34,778 nucleotides of DNA from Octopus bimaculoides (taxonomy: Eukaryota), in NCBI RefSeq assembly GCF_001194135.2, contig NC_068988.1:31673565-31708342 (forward strand), given 5' to 3'. Each line of letters opens with the position of its first letter. Positions within the stretch are counted from its first letter, which is position 1. Position numbers and translations under genes: made by a program. Below, one piece after another: positions 24,690-34,778 of this stretch. The notes below the pieces were generated by a model, which was not told the origin of the DNA, ran no database searches, and saw nothing but the letters and a program-made list of their open reading frames with translations.

Positions 24690-24883
24690 GGTGGTTTCTT
24701 CCAATTTGACAAAAGTAACCTGTCCATATGTTTACACCTGCGAAAAATTTCAGATCTGGAATAAAGCAGTGTGTTGGAATTGTTGGATCTAAGAAGAATA
24801 TAAGATCTTCCTGCTACGCATAAGTTGCATATCTTAGGTCCATAAACACATGGCTTGGATTTCTCCACTATTCTTCACTTGAG
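24690..24883 (-). mobile_element. Penelope-like element remnant, C-terminus of the GIY-YIG endonuclease region
   Basis: Minus strand reads LK*RIVEKSKPCVYGPKICNLCVAGRSYILLRSNNSNTLLYSRSEIFRRCKHMDRLLLSNWKKPP. This fits the PLE pattern (I/L)KW-x-I..K-x-KPY....C-x-LC..EK-x-x-I....LLN-x-RSE....CRH...LL, with the conserved W codon mutated to TGA at 24877-24875. Confidence 0.75.
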
Positions 24884-26574
24884 TGTTTAAACACTAATAT
24901 TTACATACAGTAGGGAAGACAAATATAAGCACACACACAAACAGTCAGACTGACAGTCACACATGTATGCAGTAATCTATTTTGGTTTGAATGAGTAGAT
25001 TTGCAGATATTTTTGCAAAAAGGAGCTCTACTCAAAGAGGATTATAATCTGCTGCGTCTATCAAATGTACTGTGAATTTGGTACTATGTTATGTTTTGTA
25101 AATTATGACTGTTGCATCTCGCATGCTGAGCGGCCACGGCGAAAATTCGCGTCGATTTCAATTCTTTTATTAGTTGTTTTTACCCTCAGAACTGCCGTAA
25201 TCGAGCAGATTACTAACTAAAATCGTTTCATTTGAGAAATTCATAACTTAATTTTCACATTTTTTTACAAAGTGTCCATCATTTTTAAAAGACGCTGCTG
25301 TCTGATTTTAGGATGTGTTGGCGCTACTTTTAGCATGTTGAGCAACCACGACGGATTTCTCTCGTGAGCTTGAAATATTAATTGTTAATTATTTGCTGCA
25401 AAAATTCTGTTTATGTTTATTTATCTCCTATTTCTTATCAGAGATGTCACATGCATAAAAATTATAATCGTAATTCGTACGTTATTTTGATGTACATACA
25501 TACACACATACATATGTGTGTGTGTGTGTATACATCTATATATACATATACGTACACGTACACACATGCATATATATGATGTAAATCATTTGAAGAGTTA
25601 TCTCGCTTGTCACCGAATATGATACGGACACATCTCAGTCAAGTAACTTTCCTAATCACTATGATTAACTGTGTGGTATATGTCTCGTAATTCTATTAGA
25701 AATGCTGTTCGAGATGTATAATGTGTGGAGTGGAGTTGGTCTTCACATTCAATGTAAGAGACAGGATTAATAAAGAACGCAACAGAAGGAATAATCGAAT
25801 GTAATCGTTAGAAATACAGAAGTCGTAAACATTTCAGACTTGCTTCTTAAAATAAGTCGAAGAATTTCGTGACTTCATCATTATTTCACTACAGTTAATC
25901 TGCCACTTTACAAGAATTCATAATCCTATTATGAATTATATCTATTTAGGTTCTACATGGGAAGCCAACGTTTGCGGTATGCGTGTCTATGCGCTTTGAA
26001 TATTTAGTATGGACGTTTGAGAATAAATTTATTCATTGAATAATCGCATCTGATACTAGGAAAAAATAAAAAAGAGAGAGAAAAAGATGAGAAAGAATGA
26101 AAAGAATGGATGCATTAACAAAGCTCGTTATCACAGGGATCATCTTTTCGCTATAAGCTACTTAAATACCTATATACATATCATGGCTTCATCTGCACTC
26201 TCTTGTCTGTAACTGGCTACACCATATACTTCCCTCTTTCTATCTAGTTATCTTTCTGTCTCTGTCTCGCCTCTGTATATCTATCTGTCTCTCTTTATAT
26301 ATATGCGTGTGTGTATGTCTTTGTATGTGCCTGTGTATACACAAACTCAGACACACACACTCACATTATCTACTAAATACAAACATAAATGAAACGCTAC
26401 AAATCTGAGTGAGTCGCCATTAGTTGTTGAATGGTAATCCATTATTCTTACTCCAGATGGATGAAAGACAAATGTGTATTCAATGAATTAGAATTTACAA
26501 TATAAAGTGCCATAATAAATACACAGGGTATTGTGACCCCATCTTATCTTTAATTATAACGGGTTCATCCTTGT

Positions 26575-26757
26575 CCCAAAGCTTGCAATTTGAGGAGGAC
26601 AGTATTAGTTGATTACGTGGAAAATACGCAACTAGTATAAGTTGGTTTTAATCTCGAAACTATGACAAGTAAACTTAACCCTGTGGGATTTGAGCACAGG
26701 CCGTACACAGTCGGAACATATGCCATTAAGTAGGTTTTCTCGACGCTCTAAAGATTC
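26575..26757 (-). mobile_element. Diverged copy of SINE family A
   Basis: GCAATTTGAGGAGG...TTAGTTGATTAC...GGATTTGAGCACAG...CCATTAAG...GACGCTCTAAAGATTC is collinear with the copy at 15378-15581. Confidence 0.6.
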
Positions 26758-27071
26758 AAACATCACACTGTCTTTTCTATTTATTAAGAACACAAGGAAA
26801 AGAAATGCGGTTTTCACTAACTTACAAAACAACTCACTTCTTGCAGCTTTTTGAAAGCAAAAATAGTTCCAGAAAAACGCAATACTATGAGCTATAGTTT
26901 CTGACACAGGAGGATACCTAGGTTCTTTGCTATTTTTATAACTCTGCTTATATATAAAGAAGAGATATATATTGCGTACATTTTCTCATTCTTTATGTCT
27001 GCCCAAACATAGATATACACACATATGAACATACCTACACACATAGATACACACACGTATACATACATACA

Positions 27072-27106
<35 letters not shown>

Positions 27107-27524
27107 TACCGGGCATGTACGTAGTGAGTGGACATTTGTATGTATGGGTATGTACGTATGCGTATGTGTGTATATGCACATGCACGTGTGTATATGAGCA
27201 TGTGTGTACATGATTCCATGTTTCAATGAAAACCGTTCAGATACTATTCATCCTTCAGCAAAAGCACGGATGCAAATCCAATGATTGGGTAGTTTAACAT
27301 AGGTACTCCACAACCAATTTCTTGTTTCATATACCATTATTTGATAATCCATATGACGAACTTCAATATAACAAACTGGTTATGAACCTTTATCTAGTTA
27401 ATATAAAAAAGTATGTTATGTATATAATTCGGCATACACACACACACACACAAACGCACACACACGCACACATGCATGCACGCATTTACCAGATGCGCCT
27501 AAAACGGGTGAGCGTATAGTCGGC

Positions 27525-27531
<7 letters not shown>

Positions 27532-27585
<54 letters not shown>
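27532..27585. repeat. (TG)n microsatellite
   Basis: Direct inspection. Confidence 0.97.
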
Positions 27586-27588
<3 letters not shown>

Positions 27589-29569
27589 GCAAAAATACCC
27601 TGCAGACTGCGATAATCCATAACGTAAAGAACATTATTTCAAAATTTGCTCTTTCTGTGTGGACCGCTAGTAAATGATCCTATGCCATGTACTGGTCCAC
27701 GGTCCGATTTTGGTGAAACCTGCTCAACATACAAAGGCATCTATTTGTTATGTTTATTTTCTGTGGGGTGACCCTGGAAGTGTGAAAGAAGGTTATTGTA
27801 TGCTTCGTTGCAGCTAGCATCCATATTTGTATTATTCTTCCTTAAATGTATTTAGAAGTTTCTTTACCGAATTTTAGTCTAATGGAGTCACATTTTGCGT
27901 GACCTGCTTTGTGACATTCAGCTATCGACGTTTCATCTATTATTATTTTGTTCACTCTTCTCTAATGCTACTCTTCTGAGCAGGCTTGTTCACCAGTTGT
28001 GCCGTTTCCAATTTTCGTATCAGCATCATATTTTGTAGCAAAATCTTTACCTTACTGCCAACTATTTAACGACTCCTCTTACGCTTCTGTATTTTCGCGG
28101 AGGTACCCTTTACATCCTGTCTCTACATTAAATTTGTTACTGACAATTAAGTTAGGAACCAATAGTTTTCTTCGTGCTATGTCTTGCCTTTTATCATTAC
28201 TTTCTTTTGTAGTTTCTTTGTAGATTTTCATATGTTTCCAGTTCTTGAAGATTGCTTCTTCACCTATAGTTTGTTTAATGTATTTCAAATGCTGTCATTA
28301 CTTTACTTGTTTTTCTGCCATATTGCTAATTCACACGGCGAAAAATGAAAAAAAAAAAATTTTAATCTAATTTGCTATAATTCCCTCAAGTACATCTGTG
28401 TATTGTCTCTAATAGTGTTTCCAGTTGTTGAATTTCTGCAACATATAAGATGAGGTTAACATGTGTAACAAATAGCTGATTATTTTCTCTGGTCATTCAA
28501 TTTGTAATTGAGTTTGGTTTAGCATGTTGCTCAACGCCTGAAGAAAGGAAGACCTTTTGGAATATTCCTATTCAAAAGGGATAGCTTAGAGATTTTAGAA
28601 TTTTGTCTTTGTTCTTGTCTTTGTGCCTGTGGAATTCATCAGCAATGTTTAAAGATATGTTCTATGTATGTAATTGATATATCTGACATCTTGCTTGTAT
28701 CTAATATTTCCGGATAAATGAGAGAAGAACAATGTCAAAATCGTTCGGCTATATATTGTGACTCAGATTAATTTAGCTCTTTCGGTTGGTGATCAGTAGC
28801 TCAGTGATTTTGTTGAAGAGTGGTGACCCGTGGGGCTGATATTAAGCAAGCATAAATCACTTCTTGACGTTCACTTACATACAATTACTTTGCGAATGAA
28901 AACTCCGTTTGCATTAAATATTGGTGCCGGTTAAATAGAATTCAGATTTTGTAGAAGACATCCAATTTGTTATGTTGCCCATTATTTCACGAAGCAGTTG
29001 ATCGTCCATACATATTCAGCTAAACAATACGCTATGGCCTTTTTCTAGCAGTGGCAGGTTATATTTAAACCAAAATTTCATATATGAAAAGTGGGTTAAA
29101 CGTTGACCTTTCTATCTTTGGTTAAAACATTGTATTTAAGACCACATTATATAGAAAGCTGTTCATCTTAATGATGGCTTCATCTGATTGCAATCAGATT
29201 TGAGAGAACATATTTGTAGAAAGCGCAATGACAAATAGAGAGTCCTATCACCTCGAGAGGTGGCTACGCTGTGTACACAAGTAAATAATAAATATAAAAA
29301 CAGAAGACATTCATCTCTGTATCCAGAGATGAATTATTTGTGAAATTTTCCGAGTGTTACAATATTATTGAATAAGAGATTACACGAGTTACGGTTGTTA
29401 TGGTAAATACATGTAGTGTTATCATATTTCTGACATACTTTCAATTTGTACGAATTCATCGAGCGTAAGTTTTGCTTACAACTATATCGTTATTATTACA
29501 AAGAATTTCAAAAGAAGTTTGGCAAAGTCTTAGATCTGGAATATGTTATAATGTGCATAGAAATACACA

Positions 29570-29635
29570 CATATATATATATATATACATATGCATAAAA
29601 GTTTATGTATGTATGTATCCATGTATGTATGCATG

Positions 29636-29697
<62 letters not shown>
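29570..29697. repeat. (TA)n/(TATG)n microsatellite
   Basis: Direct inspection. Confidence 0.95.
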
Positions 29698-29701
<4 letters not shown>

Positions 29702-31028
29702 AATTATATTCATGTGTGCATAAAAACATAAATATATAATTATATATTGTTCTATGCAAAGAAAATTGGTATAATCCAATATTAATTTTAGCAGAGCGCT
29801 TATTGATATAAAATCCGATTTAAAGCCGTGGCAAATATTACAATTAAATTCCGTCTTGTTCTTGTAAGATTGAATTTCGCACTCCTGGCCGTGCATATAA
29901 ATATATATATATATGTTCATGGGGGATGGGTGCATTCGTATGTGCGTTTATATGAGTTTACACTACGTACGAACGTACATATGTATGCACGTATGGAGAC
30001 ATATATACACACATACACACATATCTATATCTGGATGCATACCCATCACGCTTTCTCACGCACATGCACACAGGCACACGCTTACACAACACATACATAT
30101 ATATATGAGTGTTTGCCTGTGTGTGTCTGTGTCCGCGTGTGTATATGTGCCTGAGTACGTATCCGTATTTATATGTATTTATGAAAACTTTACTTACAAA
30201 ACGTATGAAATACTTGTAATATATGAAATACTTGCTATACACAAATTTCTTTACACACAGATACCGATAAACTTTTTTATACATCATATGCATCGAGGAA
30301 AAATATTCAAAAAAATCACACATTTATGCACACATGCGTCTTCTTATGTAATAGGCGCAGCGTTTAGCAATATTTTCTTACAAAATGTTTAAGAAATAAT
30401 TTTGAATATTTTTTAACATTAGCGATATGAACAAGAAAAGAAAACTTCAAATATAATTCGTAAAAATTTACATGTATAAAAATCGTAACGAGATAGTTTC
30501 TTCTTCTTCTTCGTCGTCTACCTCCTCCTCCTACTCCTCCTCCTCCTTCTTTTTCTTCTTTCCTTCTTTTTATCCTTATTCTATCACCTTCTTGCTCTTC
30601 AGTTTCTCATTGTCTTCCATATTTTTCCGATGTAATCTAACCGCCCCGCCTGGGGATAAATTTAAAGAAACAGAAAGAACACTACAACTAAGACGATGAC
30701 AAGTAAAAAAAGTTTCTCTCCCAACACTATCTTGTCAACCATGAATATCTTCATCACCAACACTTGTAATACTTTCTTCCAAGTTTTTCAACACTGTTGC
30801 GTTGCCAACATCCCTATAAGTGCAACATTCATTATGGCATCTGGAGTGTGTAGCATGAGCAACAATTATAGAAAATGTCTGTCCGTTTGCAAGAGAAAAC
30901 CTAAAAATTACAGTTCTTCTGGAGGGAAAACAAAGAGGTTCCCGAATAGATTCAAATGTTCTCCTTCAGAGACAGGGGAAGGTGAATATTTGTTGTTCTC
31001 TCAGAACTCCTAGAAGCATACAATCTAT

Positions 31029-31600
31029 GACATATACTTTGTGGCGTTTTGGAAACCGACGACGGGAAAAGCAACAAAGTTCAACAAGGAGAAAATACTT
31101 GGGTGGGATATGAAGTGGTATTCAATCCACCACTCGAACCAGACGACATGGATAAGCGGGAATGAAATTTCTCTGAAATGCCTTGACATAGAAGCACTGA
31201 ATTCACTCTTGCAGGCATAAGGAATTTACGCCTATTCCGAAATATATCAACTGGCAAATAATGTTGTTTGATGGGCTGCCAGAAATAAACATACGCTGGG
31301 TGACAGAGTGCGTTGCTCTGGAGAGCGGGAACACAATCTTAGACATAAAATATCACTACTGCGTACATAGTTCAAGAATATAAGTAGATACATTGGTCTA
31401 GATAAATACGGATATCAGGAGAAGTTTACGGATCTAATAAATCGCTAAAATAACACATGACAGATGTTATTTTAGCGATTCATTAAATTCTCAAACACGC
31501 TGGGATCTCTTTCTTCAACGAAGGAAAGCAGAAAGTAAAATAGCACTGCTGCAAAATCCAATGTGTACATACAAGAGCACATGCAACGCAGCAATAATAG
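31029..31600 (+). pseudogene. Decayed coding sequence, possibly non-LTR retrotransposon ORF1 with a degenerate zinc knuckle
   Basis: Consecutive stop-free blocks of 63 codons (31029-31220) and 53 codons (31222-31383, ...EFTPIPKYINWQIMLFDGLPEINIRWVTECV...) joined by a stop plus a 1-nt shift. Later EGKQKVK*HCCKIQCVHTRAH precedes a CAA/ACA-rich tract. The family assignment is from recollection only. Confidence 0.3.
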
Positions 31601-34600
31601 AAACTGCGACAACAAAAGTAGCAACAGGATCAGAAGCCAAATTAAAGACAACAGCAGGAAAAACATCTACATTACGGCAGTAACAGTAACAGCAACATAC
31701 TTCTACCTGAGTCAGAGGAACAACTCCTCCGCCACGATGTAACCTCCACCACAACTATGAACAAACAAATCACTGAATATCCCCGAAAACACAAACATGC
31801 TCGTCTCCTATATGTAAATGCACTTGATACTTCTCTCTTCGGTCTCGCGGACTATACAAATAAGCGTCAAGTCCAAGGTGAGACCATCGAAGGAGGTTGT
31901 TATCTAGCCGAAAATACAAACAGAATAAAAAGTCTCCCCAACCTCATCGTGAAGCTAGAAAATTTACTAAATATATGACAGGAAGAACGAAAACAAAAAT
32001 AGATCAACAACAGGAGCAACAACAAACTCAGCAGTCGCACGAAGAGCAATGAAACTTGCTGTGATTAAACATACATCAACTACTAGAAAGCGTCGACCTT
32101 TCTAGTGCCCTTACACTCGTAAATTGTCCACTGGAACGTTCGGGTTAGGGAAAGATAAATAATTAAAATGTGTGTGTGTGTGTGTGTGTGAGTGCGTGTG
32201 TGTGCGCGTGTGTGTGTCACTGAACTGACCTCGGTGGACATTCTTCACCTATTTGTAAGTCTGTTATCTTGTTTGCTAATTGTTAACATTAAATTATTCC
32301 CTGTATTAATTATATTTGTAATGTATTTAGTTGTTTTGTACAATTATTACGTGTAATTTTAAAATGTTTAGCAAGATGGCATTTTTCGTTCCTGTGTAAG
32401 TATATATAATTTCGTTTATATCTACTATATGAGTCTAGAAAGAAGATCGAATAAGAGACACGATTATTGCAAGCTGAACCTGGAATGAGAAAACTAGTAA
32501 ATTTATTAAGCGAGAGTTAATATGGGTGGTCGCGTGCAACTGTAATTAAAGTGTCGTACTGTGTACAATTAAAAATCTCTGTAAGGTTGATTAAAAGATT
32601 AGTAATAGAGAAAACACAGCAAATAGGTTGCAGCAAAGGAACAATTTTTTTAAAGCTAATTTGGAAAGGAAGATTGGCCAATACGATAACGGTAAGAATC
32701 GTATTTTTCTATTTCTTCAACGCATGACACGTTGTCAGATGCAGTGAATACAGTTCAATACAGAGTTCGAAGAATTTTACAAGATCGTAGCAAAAGTGTT
32801 GTGAGTTGTAGATTGTTCGTTTGACAAATTTGAACCCTTCTTTATTTTGATGATTGTTATCATGACAACCTGCACCTCATGCAATACATCTTTGTATGGT
32901 GGGCAAGAAACAAATCTAGTGTTCTGATCAATTGGAATAAATCAAGAATTTTAGATCAAATGACAACGTCCGTTCATTTACTACGCGTGAAAGGGACACC
33001 ATCCATCTGCTGCCAACACTCACTGCGGTGAGGGTTATTTTGCCGTAGGTGTTGATGTGCACCAATTCTATAGGTAATATGGAACTTTAAGCGTAATATT
33101 CAAACTAGAAACGAAACAAAAATGCGGACGATTATTGTGCTTTCTACATCTGCTAAAAATTGCAAAAGAAGGACCTCACTATACATGATACATGTTTACT
33201 CTTGTGTAGACGATATATAAGCTCAGCCTTTATGAATTTATTGTCATGATAAAGTTTTGCACCAGTAGAACAATAGACGAGAGATAAACAGACGGCATAT
33301 TACTGTTAGAGATCATCAATGACTTCTTATTAGTAACACTTAGAAACGTTCAATGTTTAGACTTTGTTAATAAGGCCGAATCTTAAACATACGCTAATAT
33401 AGACTGTATATCTTTATATCTCCCTTTACACACACACACATATATCACACACACATGCACACACATGTACACACGCACGAACGCGCGTACACATACATGC
33501 AATACACACACACATATATAGATTTAATTTTGTCCATCATTACAGGTTTTGTAAGTCCTATAACGTCGTATTTTTCTATTGTACACATGAATGAGCAAGT
33601 AGTGAAAGAGAATTATTATTATTATTACTGTTCCATTCTTCTGACTTCCTCCGCTTACCTCTCTTGTTTTTCCATCTTTCCATCCTTTCATTCATTCATT
33701 CATTCATTCTTTCATGCTTTCTGCCTCTCTTTGATTTTTGTTGGCTTCTTTCATTCTCATTTGTTTATTTATTTAAGTCATATTTCAATACGGCCTTTGC
33801 AGAATCGACTTCTGGAAAAATTATGTAAAACAATGCAAAGCACAAATAGATGAGCCTATAACAACAGTAAACACTCGGAAACATACACAACAGCACGATC
33901 AGAGGTACACACAAGCATATACACGCCACACACAAATAATAATACGCACACACATACTGATACACACTCATGTTTACTTATAGGTAAGTACAACGCACTA
34001 ATATAGAATTTGTACACATACAATTCCACAGCACATACAGAAAGATATAGTGAGATAGTTCGTTTGATAGACAGATAGAGAAATGTGAGTAAAAGAGAGA
34101 GAGAAGTGAGTGAGATAGAGAGAGATAGAGTCAGAGAAAAAGATAGAAGAAAACATATAATTTTAATTTTTTTCCCCTCTTATTTTCTATAACTGATTTG
34201 AAGTGTGTAAATGGGCTTAGCTGAGCAGAAATCTATGGATGATCTAGACAGGGAGTGTTAGAAAAATTCCGACCAAGAAATTAAAAATTAATGTGGCATG
34301 GGTGAGATTTTCACAAGCAACGTGTTGCATACACGACTGGTTCCTGGGTAATATGCATGTGTAATTGCCACCTGCATACTTAAAAGAAAACGATGCAGCT
34401 TTATGTTGGCTGCCTTTTTTTGTTTCTTTGATGTTTCTTTTTTTATATTTGTATTTTATTGCTTTGTTTTGTTGTAGATTCCCTTTCATTTCTTTACATT
34501 GATGTGGAGAGCTGAGAGTTTATTTATTTATTGATTTAATCTCATATAAACATATACGTATATGCGCATATGCAAGCAAACGTATACTCATGCACAAATA

Positions 34601-34679
34601 TGTGCTTATATGTGTGTATATATGTGTTTATATACATTTATCTATATCTATATATATTGTATGCATACATACACGCATA

Positions 34680-34696
34680 TATATATGTATATATAT

Positions 34697-34778
<82 letters not shown>
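34680..34778. repeat. (TA)n/(CA)n microsatellite at window end
   Basis: Direct inspection. Confidence 0.95.

Noticed and set aside
26040-26110. Strong minus-strand acceptor (TTTTTTCCTAG)
   Set aside because: All three frames stop within about 17 codons and no donor lies before the stops; the tract is a GA-rich low-complexity stretch.
27655-27712. GTGGACCG...GGTCCACGGTCCG, hAT-like subterminal motif
   Set aside because: No terminal inverted repeat pair or 8-bp TSD found.

Overview
AT-rich eukaryotic genomic DNA, dense in microsatellites, with a 747-nt assembly gap (8841-9587). The repeat content (several copies of abundant octopod-type tRNA-derived SINE-like families, recognised from memory) suggests an Octopus/coleoid cephalopod intronic or intergenic region; this is an inference. 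No gene, rRNA, tRNA or CRISPR array can be confidently called, and nearly all ORFs in the supplied track are microsatellite or chance frames. The best-supported content is decayed mobile DNA: a CR1/L2-type LINE 3' end (6280-6527), a Penelope-like GIY-YIG C-terminal remnant (about 24690-24883), several SINE copies, and weaker mariner, LINE-RT, ORF1-like and solo-LTR candidates. The most notable unexplained structures are two unrelated long inverted repeats 3 kb apart: a spacerless 276-bp palindrome (1433-1708) and an 83-bp-arm foldback (4366-4718). There are also a few candidate spliced exons with good splice signals on both strands. I found no evidence for a novel multi-gene system.
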